NCBI GenBank assembly: GCA_018817005.1
Contig: JAHIUF010000015.1
Location: 1 to 63,312, forward strand
Length of the DNA: 63,312 nucleotides
Direction of reading: 5' to 3'
From: Nanobdellota archaeon
GTDB lineage: Archaea; Nanobdellota; Nanobdellia; Woesearchaeales; GCA-2686295
Below the pieces are notes generated by a model, which saw only the letters and a list, made by a program, of their open reading frames with translations, ran no database searches and had not been told where the DNA came from. This document shows, piece after piece, positions 29,201 to 38,244 of the stretch (its first letter is position 1; every line of letters begins with the position of its first letter). The position numbers were made by a program, and so were the translations under genes.

Positions 29201-30239
29201 TTGTTTCAGTTATTTTTTCTTCGTTTCCTGCAAAGTCTTTGAGTGTGAATTTGAGCTCTGCAACGTATGGTTCTGTACCGTCCACATTTGTTGAGAATTC
29301 ACATCGCCAGTTATCACCATTTTTCAAACATTCTTTTTCTGTTTTTCCCCCTCCAACTCCTGAAAAGTTTACTTCTACTTTAGGTGTTGAAGTATCATCA
29401 TAAACATCTACGATTACTGACATCGTATCGCCGACTTTTATAACTTCAAAGCCTGTTGAACCAGACATGATTGTAATGCTTAATTTCTCTGGAGGTTCTG
29501 AGTCGCATATAAGATTATTTTCAATCATTCCTTCTGTTATTGCATTTCCAGCATCGTCTTGACTTGGAATACGGTTCATTCCTGCGAGTGATACTTTTAT
29601 TTCTTCTCCTGATTCACAAGTTACACGTATTGTTTTTACACATTCTAAGCCTTCACAATCATCAACTGTATATACAACTCTGCTTTTGCTCATTTGAAAG
29701 AATATCAGACCTTTCTCAAAAGTCGCTTTTGAATCTAATAATTTGATTTTTAAATCAGTTATTTTTCTTGATGGAATGTAGCAAACATCGCCTTTGCAGG
29801 TGTTTGTTCCTATGAATTCAACTGTTGGTTTTGTATTGTCTATTTCAAAGTTGTTTTCTATAGTATTTTCAGTCATAGTTCCAGTATTATCTTCTAGTTT
29901 GAAAGTGATGTGTGCAGTTCCTTTATTTAGCCACAACATAATATTTTCTGCGAAACATGTGTATTCTTTACTTGTTTCGTTATAATCGCAGTTCTCTATA
30001 GGTACAGGATAATTTTTGTAAAACCTGTATTTGGGGTTATAGTTTATATCTGATAAATCAACAATTATCCTTGTTAGGTTTTCTCCTGTTACTTTAAACC
30101 CCATTGTACTAACAACAGGATTGTATGATACTGCGCTTATTGGCTCTCCGTATGTATAGAAGACGACGTTTTCTACTTGTAGTCCAAAAACAAGGTTTAT
30201 TGACAAAAGTGTTATTAGCAGGAGCCAAATTCTTCTCAA
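26256..30239 (-). CDS. 1327-aa secreted Cys-rich surface protein with Ig-like N-terminal region
   Basis: Sec signal; DNTKP, DDAGN and DFAGN Ig-like strand motifs; central Gly/Ala-rich hydrophobic segments with paired Cys. Confidence 0.8.
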   Translation of the reverse strand: MRRIWLLLITLLSINLVFGLQVENVVFYTYGEPISAVSYNPVVSTMGFKVTGENLTRIIVDLSDINYNPKYRFYKNYPVPIENCDYNETSKEYTCFAENIMLWLNKGTAHITFKLEDNTGTMTENTIENNFEIDNTKPTVEFIGTNTCKGDVCYIPSRKITDLKIKLLDSKATFEKGLIFFQMSKSRVVYTVDDCEGLECVKTIRVTCESGEEIKVSLAGMNRIPSQDDAGNAITEGMIENNLICDSEPPEKLSITIMSGSTGFEVIKVGDTMSVIVDVYDDTSTPKVEVNFSGVGGGKTEKECLKNGDNWRCEFSTNVDGTEPYVAELKFTLKDFAGNEEKITETIQIYGADEDITPDNWVIESIQQSPKKVNKDNLVFPRKIFVNLDLKPQPGKESSEIIDVEENSFECKGILGDDSDIKDPNILYFSQDKIYLTAEMAQMAGHRYENLTKAKYNCSVNILTKRGDFVNTIYETQDFFIEIDFDAIKSMSQRIREEIVKAEVNIQKDRDWISKLQDTFGKIYFGCQIVTGIKGLSEATGVAETATAGLAAVPSLSYVPFSLGQVSSATGVLGDNVAVQKFVLPICEAFTCTADWQMWLSNLMGQIPGVDFAAKLAGYNDVKQAFNPYNSKAMAIASFCLPAIIVHRQTSMAIECNYARCLSEGTGYMGSSPSQCKADKHYAECVHTLGGIFSIIPFYSLIRDLGNTIKGIFSDPVTFLTTAGVSVGCKLLPGITPIEHAVKGTCNALAGITSITRVWSIIGDMIDPRGLVDPGIDNYCEQVITAIDPRTQYWQGMSTQPDLVDFQQDIKNDAGAVIGTCKDGMCTFNDASGMKGLSFSAEVGATGRGTTNDGNIYSNDVYIFYDDGSGGAEYKGTASEINKEFNDISKSIIIADYLASRPSTNLDTGEIIPPQIPAGTSGDELAQTLFFDSTSLEIASGTTGADSTDSSTGSGTPSSVVINVDKEDEYGWYADLGLFKNGKPNFEKAKVVRENGYEEATRTQSKLIRDFAKEYPDLSTSMIAYADAQDAYYNGKADRDTDISTKSGKIVDIESQIAEGDNTIWIYEDGEPELYTEEQAKERLKKLNKDIKTLEKQDKKLKQDMDKGMANLKTDANYELLWTGFGAWQSMLGIGKTMGLMKDLFGLKRGEDSHFMPWLTNLLNEANKAIDKVAFPETQICQGKYDKNADQSSFTMIKEGTLSYTSASYITATRSQRMATDSGYSYYDYFISGGVYNAKKDGLKFKVLLFTPRKDLTSEVRGFENGAVTLLQGEKVTFSGSGMLRYNSTQVYNKVCIEFLNNDLYNYFDRIELENGNRLCQTIVVEG

Positions 30240-30300
30240 TTTACATATCCCTCTTTTTATTTATTGTGCTACACTCTTATAAATAGTTTTCTATTAGTTT

Positions 30301-30390
30301 GGCTCTGTAGAAACCCTATTTTGGTTTCGTCGAGCGATTATTTCACAAACATAGTATATAGTGTCAAAAGCAGAGGGTTTCTACAGAGCC
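30301..30390. mobile_element. MITE, 90 bp, 17-bp perfect TIRs, 9-bp TSD
   Basis: TIRs GGCTCTGTAGAAACCCT and AGGGTTTCTACAGAGCC; TATTAGTTT flanks at 30292-30300 and 30391-30399. Confidence 0.92.
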
Positions 30391-30397
30391 TATTAGT

Positions 30398-30583
30398 TTA
30401 TAAACTCTTATTCAGCATTACTTTGTCGTATATGCTTTTTGCGTGTTCACACGGCTCTTTATCCCAACTACAATTATGTATGCAGCAGCCAAGGTGGACC
30501 ATTCCTCCATGTTGTGCACATAGAACTAGTGAGTCGGAACTTTCGGCAACTCTTTCTTCGCATAGCTTGCATGAGATTGGCAT
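30398..30583 (-). CDS. Small Cys/His-rich Zn-finger protein
   Basis: MPISCKLC..CAQH..HLGCCIHNC..CEH. Confidence 0.7.
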   Translation of the reverse strand: MPISCKLCEERVAESSDSLVLCAQHGGMVHLGCCIHNCSWDKEPCEHAKSIYDKVMLNKSL

Positions 30584-30721
30584 TTTCTTGATTTTTAACA
30601 AGCAAAGACCATATAAAAACATTCTTAACTACTTAAAAATAGTGATTTTAGTAAACATTTTTAAATTAACTAATATTTTCCAATTACAACATTTAATAAA
30701 AAAACAATAAAAGGTGAAAAA

Positions 30722-31612
30722 ATGGCGTTAAACAAAGACCAACTAAACACACAAGCACAACAATTTAGGAACAATCTTCACAATGGAAATAAGATAGAAG
30801 TGCATCAACTCGCAACAGTCAGAGCAAATCTTGCAATGGTTAAAGGATATAATAATCATGGTGAATATCTAAAAGTTATTGAACACGCAGGAAAAGCACT
30901 GGAAGCAATCATAAATTACAATAAACAAACACCTACACAAGATGCCATTGGATTAACTTATTCTAAAATAAAAAACATCTTTGAACCAATAAAACAAGTA
31001 TTAGGTAAATATGGTAAAAAAGGAGAAATAGAATCTTTAATAAAAGAATTTGTAAAAGAACATGATACTTATAAAAAAAGAAGTTCTGGTGCTAGAGAAG
31101 ACGATTTAGAAGAAGAATTAAATTTAAACCTAGATGAACAACAAACATTTCAAACTGACAAGAATCAACCACTAATAACACAAGCATATGACATCATAAA
31201 AAATGATGAAAATAATTCATATACAATTAACTTTTTACAAAAAAAAGGTTTGATGGAAGCACTACCATTATTAATTAATTTTGATCCGTATTCATTAATA
31301 GAAAAAACAAGGGAACGAAGCGACTCATTAAAAAACAATCCTATCAGAATACCAGAAGCAAAAAAAATTGAAACTTATCTAACAGAGATTATAACAAACG
31401 AATACTCCTCACCTAGAAGCAAAAATCAAGAGTTAATAAATAAAACCAAAGAAGAACTAGATTTGTTAGAAAAGAGAGCAGAATCCGCAATAAAAGACTC
31501 CTATGCATTCGCAGGATGGTTTTTAGGAGTTGTTGCAGGCATTGGTGAAACATTCAACCAAGAAGATTTTACAAGTTACATTGGAAAGATAGTTTCTGAT
31601 ATGCAAAAATAA
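30722..31612 (+). CDS. Hypothetical helical protein
   Basis: 296-aa ORF with AAGGTGA RBS. Confidence 0.7.
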   Translation: MALNKDQLNTQAQQFRNNLHNGNKIEVHQLATVRANLAMVKGYNNHGEYLKVIEHAGKALEAIINYNKQTPTQDAIGLTYSKIKNIFEPIKQVLGKYGKKGEIESLIKEFVKEHDTYKKRSSGAREDDLEEELNLNLDEQQTFQTDKNQPLITQAYDIIKNDENNSYTINFLQKKGLMEALPLLINFDPYSLIEKTRERSDSLKNNPIRIPEAKKIETYLTEIITNEYSSPRSKNQELINKTKEELDLLEKRAESAIKDSYAFAGWFLGVVAGIGETFNQEDFTSYIGKIVSDMQK

Positions 31613-31617
31613 GTTTT

Positions 31618-33726
31618 TTAACTTATTTTTCCTTTTATTTTTTTATCTACTAGAACTTTTTCTTCGCCTGCAAACAAAACTTTGTCTTCGAAAAAGACAC
31701 CACTTTCCTTTGAAACCAAAGACACTTCCAAGAATTCTTTAAAAGAAATTATTGTTTCACAAGGCTTTGAACCATCAATTGTAACTGTTGTTCCGGGTTC
31801 TGATTTTTCAACAAATAAAACACCAACACTTCCTTTTCCCTCATCACTTGCTGCAAGAAGCATTCCTTCAGATGTTTCACCTCGAAGCTTTGCAGGCTCA
31901 AGATTTGATACAATAACTATTTTTTTACCTAAGAGTTTCTCTGAACTATAATATGATCTGAGACCTGCAACTAGTTGTCGTTGTTCAGACCCTAAATCAA
32001 TTTTCATAACATAAAGTTTATCTGCGTTTGGATGATCTTTTACTTCCAATATCTTTGCAACTTTTAAATTAAGCTTTAAGAACTTGTCTTCTTCCATTTT
32101 TACACCGCCTTTTTCCTCTGAAATTATCGAGTCAATTTTTTTGTATATTATCTCAGCATCGTTTATCTTGTGTTTTTTCAAATCAAAATTTAAATCGTTA
32201 AATGAGAGGTTTGAAAGATTAAGTTGTTTCTCAATTGTGCCTGCAAAAATGGGCATTATTGGTTTTAACAAAATAACGATGTTCTTCACGAGGTTTATAC
32301 ATAATGATAATACTTCATGAGCTTTTTTTGAATCTTTTTTTATTAGCACCCAAGGCTCTTTTTCCTGAAAATACCTGTTACCTTCGGAACTTATTTGAAG
32401 AATGTTTTGTACGGCTTTTCGAAGCTCATATTTTTCAAATAATTCCGTTGTTTCAGAGAACAATTTTTCTAATTTTTTTGTAAACTTATCGTCTTTAAAA
32501 GTAATTATTTCTGAATCAAAGTTTCTGTTTAAAAAAGAAAGTGTCCGATACACAAAATTTGCAATATTTGAAACAATTTCATTATTAACTCTCGCAACGA
32601 AATCATCGAGATCCAAATCAATATCAGTCATGGTTTTTGAAAGGCTTCCTGCATAGTAAAATCTTAAAAATTCGGGGTCTGCAAGTTTTAAAAATTCTCT
32701 TGCCGTAAGAAAAGTTCCCCTGGATTTTGACATTTTCTCTTTGTTTACAGTTAAAAAACCATGAACCAAAATGTTTTCAGGAAGTGTTAGGTCTGCTTCC
32801 ATTAGCATTGCAGGCCAGAATAGCATGTGAAAATAAATTATATCTTTTCCAATAACATGAATTATCTTAGACTTATTCCAATATTGTTCTCCTTTCTTCA
32901 CATCACCGCCAAGATAGTTTGTAAGGCTTGATATATAACAAATTGGCGCATCAAGCCAAACATAGTAATACTTATCAGTTCCAGGAATTTGAAACCCAAA
33001 ATATGGTTTGTCCCTTGAGATACACCAATCTTCAAGTCCTTCTTCAATCCAAGTTAATATTTGGTTTCGTACTTCTTTTTGCAGATTTTTATTTTCCAAA
33101 AGCCATTTTTTAATTTTGTCTGATAAAACACTTAGCTTGAAGAAAAAATGAGTTGATTTTTTTCTTATAGGAGTTCCTTTACAAATAGTGCAGTAAGGTT
33201 TAATGAGATCTATTGTTTTATATGCAGAGTTGCACTTCTCACAAACATCACCATACTGGTCTTCTGCTCCACATTTTGGACATTCCCCTTTGACATATCT
33301 ATCTGGCAAGAATCGTTTGCAATTTTCACAATAGGTTAGTTCCATTTCTTTTTCATAGATTAACCCTTTTTTCTTTAGTCGTTCAAATACTAGGTTTGAA
33401 AAGTACTGATTTTCTTTCGAATTCGTGCTGTAATAAGAATCAAATTTTATATGAAAAGCTGCAAAGTCTTCCTGATGTTCTTTTTGAAATTTTGCAATCA
33501 ACTCTGTTGGTTTTATGCCTAGTTGAGTTGATTTTATTTGGATTGGTGCTCCATGAGTATCATCTGCACAACAATAAATCACATTTTTTCCTGCAAGTTT
33601 TAGAGCTCTAACTATTATGTCCGTTTGTATATATTCTACCAAGTGTCCTATGTGTATGCTGCCATTCGCGTAAGGAAGGGCGCTTGTTACAACAATCTTT
33701 TCTTCTTTCATCTTTTCTTCTTTCAT
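31618..33726 (-). CDS. metG: Methionyl-tRNA synthetase with C-terminal tRNA-binding domain
   Basis: HIGH, KMSKS, Zn knuckles, YVWLDA and the HPNADKL OB domain. Confidence 0.97.
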   Translation of the reverse strand: MKEEKMKEEKIVVTSALPYANGSIHIGHLVEYIQTDIIVRALKLAGKNVIYCCADDTHGAPIQIKSTQLGIKPTELIAKFQKEHQEDFAAFHIKFDSYYSTNSKENQYFSNLVFERLKKKGLIYEKEMELTYCENCKRFLPDRYVKGECPKCGAEDQYGDVCEKCNSAYKTIDLIKPYCTICKGTPIRKKSTHFFFKLSVLSDKIKKWLLENKNLQKEVRNQILTWIEEGLEDWCISRDKPYFGFQIPGTDKYYYVWLDAPICYISSLTNYLGGDVKKGEQYWNKSKIIHVIGKDIIYFHMLFWPAMLMEADLTLPENILVHGFLTVNKEKMSKSRGTFLTAREFLKLADPEFLRFYYAGSLSKTMTDIDLDLDDFVARVNNEIVSNIANFVYRTLSFLNRNFDSEIITFKDDKFTKKLEKLFSETTELFEKYELRKAVQNILQISSEGNRYFQEKEPWVLIKKDSKKAHEVLSLCINLVKNIVILLKPIMPIFAGTIEKQLNLSNLSFNDLNFDLKKHKINDAEIIYKKIDSIISEEKGGVKMEEDKFLKLNLKVAKILEVKDHPNADKLYVMKIDLGSEQRQLVAGLRSYYSSEKLLGKKIVIVSNLEPAKLRGETSEGMLLAASDEGKGSVGVLFVEKSEPGTTVTIDGSKPCETIISFKEFLEVSLVSKESGVFFEDKVLFAGEEKVLVDKKIKGKIS

Positions 33727-33752
33727 AATATCTGTTGAGAGAAATAGAGTAT

Positions 33753-34466
33753 TTAAAGGTTTTCGTTGTCAGTTTTTGAAAGCTTAAGTTTCTTTAGTAA
33801 GTCTTGACATATTTCTCTTTGATTAAACTCACCCTTTTCTTCTATAAATTTTTTTGTTTTTGGAATAAACACTGCAAAAATCGTGTTGCTTACTAAATGT
33901 ATTAGTGTAAATGGTAATGCGGTTAGGAATAAAAATAGTCCTCCTGGAAAAATCATCAATGATCCTAAGTTAACTGTGATTTCAAAGATAACTGTTGCAA
34001 TAATCACAATAATAATCGCTTTTATTCTGCCTGATTTTCCTTTTAAAAAACCTCCAAGGAATCCTGCTATGCCAAATCCTATTGCTTGAAATATCGTCCA
34101 TGGTCCTTGACCTCCCATCACCAAAAAATTACTTGCAAAAAGAGTGCCCGCACCGGTTATAAACCCTTTTTTCTTTCCAAAAAGCCAACCTGATAAAATT
34201 GCAAAGAAAGTTATTGGTTCTGCGCTTGGAACGACTTGCATTACTGAGCGAAGCCCTGCACCACCCAAAATAAAACCAATTACTATTAACCATTCACGAA
34301 GTTTTATTATTGTCAATTGTTTTTCTAGTGCATGAATCGCAATTCTTTTTTTTATTCCGGATTTGCTTTTTACCTTGTCTTTCTGTTTTATTTTTTGATT
34401 TATCTTTGTTTTTTGCTGATTCTTTTGACTCTTCTTTTTTTGTTTTAAAATAGTTTTTTGGCTCAT
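33753..34466 (-). CDS. ECF transporter S component, CbrT (cobalamin)-like
   Basis: EPITFFAILSG, FASNF and GQGPWTIFQ; ATGA overlap with the upstream gene. Confidence 0.8.
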   Translation of the reverse strand: MSQKTILKQKKKSQKNQQKTKINQKIKQKDKVKSKSGIKKRIAIHALEKQLTIIKLREWLIVIGFILGGAGLRSVMQVVPSAEPITFFAILSGWLFGKKKGFITGAGTLFASNFLVMGGQGPWTIFQAIGFGIAGFLGGFLKGKSGRIKAIIIVIIATVIFEITVNLGSLMIFPGGLFLFLTALPFTLIHLVSNTIFAVFIPKTKKFIEEKGEFNQREICQDLLKKLKLSKTDNENL

Positions 34467-35749
34467 TTTTTCCTCAACAATAAAACAACCACGATGACTA
34501 AAATCATATTGAAAATTATGAGTCCTGAGAAAGTCCAAAAGTTCATTGTTGCTTTTGAATAATTGTTTGTTGGAACATTTTTTGTTAAAACAATTTCTTT
34601 TGTCGCAAATGCTGTTTGAAGGAGGGTTTGTTGTTCTGAGCTCTGCACGGTCTTAAAGTTTTCTTCTAGACATTCAACAATTATTTGTTTTGTTATCTCT
34701 TCTGTTTTTTCATCATAGTTCACTTTTAGCAATATATCAAAAACCCCTTTCTCTATTGGCAGAATTTTTTCTCTTATTCGTTCTTTTTCTCCTTCTTCAA
34801 GTTCTAGTTCTTCATAAAAATTGATTCCTAAATTTTCATTAACTATTTCTAGTGTTACATCTTCGTCTTTTTTTCCAATATTTTTTATATCTATATACAA
34901 CTCTGATTCTTCATTACAATTTATTGTGTTTGATAAATCCAAATTTATCAGTAATTCATGTTTTTCTTTTTCTATTTCTAGTTTGTAAGAAAGAGTTTTT
35001 CTATGAATGAATTCTTCATCATCTTTTCCAAAAATGATTATTTCAAGTTCATAGTTTCCTTCCTCAACATCAAATGGTATTTCAAATTCAAAAGTTAATT
35101 CTTCTTTGTCATCACTATTCAAATCCAACTCTTCTGAACCTGTCAAATCATCTCCTGCATCTATTTCTTTTATTGTTATTTCTATTTCTAAATTATCTAT
35201 ATCTATTTCTTTGTCAGTGTTTTTTATCTCTAATTTAATTATAAATTCATCTAAAGGTTTTAGCTCTAGTTTAGAAGTCTTATCTTCATTTATGTAAAAA
35301 TCAACATCAACAGCAATTATTTCTGGACAAATAAGTTCAAAAGGGGAATAAGGCGGTTTTGTTATTGGTTGAAAGGTTTGGTCAAATGCAGTTAATGATA
35401 ATCCTATTACATGTCCATCTGTTGATATGTCATAATCACTCGCGCCAACTTGTGAGCTTAAGAAAGTATTATCTGAAGAATCATTGTGCCAGAAAGACCA
35501 ATATTGACTATTTGTTGAACCAAATCCTGCTACTGATTTTAAAAAATATCCAAAGCCAAAGTTTTGCCAGTTAAGTTCAATACTGGTTTTCTCTAACGCA
35601 TCATAAGCTGTTTGTTCATCTTGAATATTAACACACTCTCTGTGTATTGTCGTGTTTGGCAGCAGAACAATTATTCCGACATTCGCTCCGAGCAATAGCT
35701 TGGATAACAATATTGTCCACAGCACTAAACATAATAAATATTTTTTCAC
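34463..35749 (-). CDS. Surface protein: DUF4430 (transcobalamin C-terminal-like) plus acidic Ig/CARDB-like domains plus C-terminal TM
   Basis: AYDAL, FGYFLKSVAG, YWSFWHN and SQVGASDY; TM anchor followed by RKK. Confidence 0.75.
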   Translation of the reverse strand: MKKYLLCLVLWTILLSKLLLGANVGIIVLLPNTTIHRECVNIQDEQTAYDALEKTSIELNWQNFGFGYFLKSVAGFGSTNSQYWSFWHNDSSDNTFLSSQVGASDYDISTDGHVIGLSLTAFDQTFQPITKPPYSPFELICPEIIAVDVDFYINEDKTSKLELKPLDEFIIKLEIKNTDKEIDIDNLEIEITIKEIDAGDDLTGSEELDLNSDDKEELTFEFEIPFDVEEGNYELEIIIFGKDDEEFIHRKTLSYKLEIEKEKHELLINLDLSNTINCNEESELYIDIKNIGKKDEDVTLEIVNENLGINFYEELELEEGEKERIREKILPIEKGVFDILLKVNYDEKTEEITKQIIVECLEENFKTVQSSEQQTLLQTAFATKEIVLTKNVPTNNYSKATMNFWTFSGLIIFNMILVIVVVLLLRKK

Positions 35750-35770
35750 AATTCACCCCAAAAAAGTTTC

Positions 35771-35789
35771 GTTGGATATAATGTCCAAC
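35771..35789. promoter_or_regulatory. Palindromic operator GTTGGA-N7-TCCAAC between divergent genes
   Basis: GTTGGATATAATGTCCAAC abuts the BRE/TATA of 35830 and lies just upstream of the 35749 start. Confidence 0.7.
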
Positions 35790-35829
35790 AGAAAAGTATT
35801 TATACTATTTAAAACTTTCTATAAATCAA

Positions 35830-36405
35830 ATGGTTGGAAACAAAACTAATTACAATGAACAAGACGTTATAAGAGCATTCTTATTAATAACAGAAACACC
35901 TGTTGCAAGAATCAACCTTGTCAACGAGTTGGAACTTGGTGAAGGAACAATAAAAACAATACTACAACTAATCAAACAAAAAGAGCTAATAAAATCAACC
36001 AATAAAGGACATATACTAACAAAAAAAGGCTCTTTAAAGAAGAAAAAAATTCTTGAAGAAATAGATGGACCAAAAATGCTTGGATTAAAAGAATACAAAG
36101 GAATGAAAAATTGCGGACTTCTTGTGAGAAATTCTAAAACAACAAAGATAACACTCGATCTCCGAGACGAAGCAATAAGAACAGGCGCCTATAGCGCAAT
36201 AATATTCAAATATGAAAGCGAACTGAAAATTCCATTCTTAGAATGGAACTACAAAAAAGAAAACCTGAAAGATTATGAACAGCTAATACGGAGTTTTAAT
36301 TTAAAAAAAGGAGATTTATTGATTGTAACATTCGCAAAAGAAAAAAGAATCTGTGAAAACGCAAGTCTTTCAGTGATGAAAAGAATAAAAAAAATCAGAA
36401 TTTAA
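35830..36405 (+). CDS. wHTH plus DUF4443-like transcriptional regulator
   Basis: RINLVNELELGEGTIKT, GHILTKKG and LRDEAIRTGA. Confidence 0.75.
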   Translation: MVGNKTNYNEQDVIRAFLLITETPVARINLVNELELGEGTIKTILQLIKQKELIKSTNKGHILTKKGSLKKKKILEEIDGPKMLGLKEYKGMKNCGLLVRNSKTTKITLDLRDEAIRTGAYSAIIFKYESELKIPFLEWNYKKENLKDYEQLIRSFNLKKGDLLIVTFAKEKRICENASLSVMKRIKKIRI

Positions 36406-36409
36406 TTTT

Positions 36410-36814
36410 TTATTTCTTTTTCTTAGGAGTAGCCATTTTTTTTGTGATAGGAATTTTTTCACCACAAGATTCGCATTCAAAAATAATTGCTTTTACACCC
36501 TGAAAACTCTTTCTTTTATAAGGTGCTTGTGTTTCTCCAGAGAATTTGCATTTTGGACAAACATACTCTATATTGCAAGTTAGCGTGTCTTCATATTCTT
36601 CTTTTTCAACAGTGTATCCGCATTCAGGACAGACATACTCTAATGCTCTAATTTTGGCCCTGCCTGTTTTTTTATCTTTAGGTTTGCTCATTAGAGCCTT
36701 TTTACATTTTGGACATTCTTCTCTAAAAACCCAAGCAACAATTTTACCATTATCAACTGCTCGTCTAGTAAAATAAACGAGTTCTTCCATACTTTCTGGT
36801 TGTTTTAAACTCAT
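36410..36814 (-). CDS. Multi Zn-ribbon protein
   Basis: Four CxxC pairs. Confidence 0.8.
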   Translation of the reverse strand: MSLKQPESMEELVYFTRRAVDNGKIVAWVFREECPKCKKALMSKPKDKKTGRAKIRALEYVCPECGYTVEKEEYEDTLTCNIEYVCPKCKFSGETQAPYKRKSFQGVKAIIFECESCGEKIPITKKMATPKKKK

Positions 36815-37398
36815 AATACCACCTCAAAAATTGATATAATTCCCGATATGACAAACTCAACAGCTAAAGCTGCAAGTATCAGACCCATGATTCTTGAAAG
36901 AATTTCTGCCCCTTGATGACCAATAATTTTGTGTAAATAATTTGAGTATCTCATCAAAAGCCAAAAAATAAATAGATTAATTATTGCCGCAACTAAAGGA
37001 ATCCAAAATCCATAAAGTGAAACTAATATTATTGAAGAAGTAAGAACACCAGCCCCTGCAATTAAAGGAGTTGCCATAGGAACAGTGATATCATGCTCAT
37101 AAGTTTTGTTGGTTCGAAATTTTAAATCAAGAACATAAGAAATACCTATTATTAATAAAATAATTCCTCCGGCGATTTTAAAGCTTCCAACAGATATACC
37201 GAAGAATTCTAATAATGCCTTACCTAAGAATATGAATACAATAATCAACATCCCAGCAACTAAAGTTGCTCTATTCGCAGACTCTCTAACTTTCTTCAAA
37301 GAAAAATCTTTTGTCAAAGATAAAAATATAGGAATACCTCCAAAAGGATCCATAATTATTAGAAGCATTAAAAAGGATTTAAGGAACTCAGTTATCAA
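36811..37398 (-). CDS. MarC-family membrane protein
   Basis: MDPFG, FKIAGG, VPMATPLIAG and RIMGLIL. Confidence 0.92.
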   Translation of the reverse strand: MITEFLKSFLMLLIIMDPFGGIPIFLSLTKDFSLKKVRESANRATLVAGMLIIVFIFLGKALLEFFGISVGSFKIAGGIILLIIGISYVLDLKFRTNKTYEHDITVPMATPLIAGAGVLTSSIILVSLYGFWIPLVAAIINLFIFWLLMRYSNYLHKIIGHQGAEILSRIMGLILAALAVEFVISGIISIFEVVL

Positions 37399-38170
37399 GT
37401 CTTTTCACCTCAATACTAATTGCAGAGTCTAACACCCTTATCTCTTTAGGGCATAAAACGTATTCAAAACAATTGTTTTCACAGTACTTTATTAATTTTT
37501 TCTTTTCAGAATCATCATGAAACTTAACAAAAACATTTATGCCTTTCTTTTTTTTGTGGGTAATCTCAAAATCAGATAATTCTTTTTTTATACGATTATT
37601 TATTGTATTGAACAGTTTTAGCTTATACTTTAAGATTGAAAGTTTTTCTGATAAAGCTAAAAAATCCAGTTCAAAAGAGAATTCATTGAAAAAATCAGTG
37701 TTGATATTTGTTGCGATAAAGCCACCTTCTTGCAAATTAACAGGTTTCCAACGACCAAAACTACCAATGATTATATCGCCGAATTTTGCCTGTTTTGTGC
37801 CGATGCTTCCAGCAGCATCATTTATCAAAAAAATATTATTTTTCTTGCAGACCTTATAAATTTTTTTCATATTCTGAAGGAATGCATAACCACTCATAGA
37901 ATTTATTAGAAGAACTGAATCTTTGAAATTATTAAGTGATTTTGGGTTCACAACTCCAAAATCTGTTTTCAACCTTGTTAATTCAAATTTTAGTTTCTTT
38001 GCAAATTGAGGATAAGTAATCCACCCACCCTGATCTTGAATTAATAGTTTTTTATAACCAAGACTCTTTGCATATTTTAAAGAAGCATTTATCGAAGCAT
38101 TACCTCTTTTTGTAAATGCAACTTTGTTTTTGCTAGTAAGTTTTTTAAGGTATTCATTACAACGAATCAT
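37388..38170 (-). CDS. Short DegT/DnrJ-like PLP-dependent protein
   Basis: INDAAGSIG and SFGRWKP..EGG. Confidence 0.7.
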   Translation of the reverse strand: MIRCNEYLKKLTSKNKVAFTKRGNASINASLKYAKSLGYKKLLIQDQGGWITYPQFAKKLKFELTRLKTDFGVVNPKSLNNFKDSVLLINSMSGYAFLQNMKKIYKVCKKNNIFLINDAAGSIGTKQAKFGDIIIGSFGRWKPVNLQEGGFIATNINTDFFNEFSFELDFLALSEKLSILKYKLKLFNTINNRIKKELSDFEITHKKKKGINVFVKFHDDSEKKKLIKYCENNCFEYVLCPKEIRVLDSAISIEVKRLDN

Positions 38171-38244
38171 ATAAAAAAAGCAAATATTGATTGTTTATTA
38201 ATGTTTGTTTTAGAAAAACTCATTTAAAAGAAACAAAATGCTCA

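Noticed and set aside
30264-30710. 148-aa plus-strand ORF
   Set aside because: Reads through the MITE and antisense to the Zn-finger gene.
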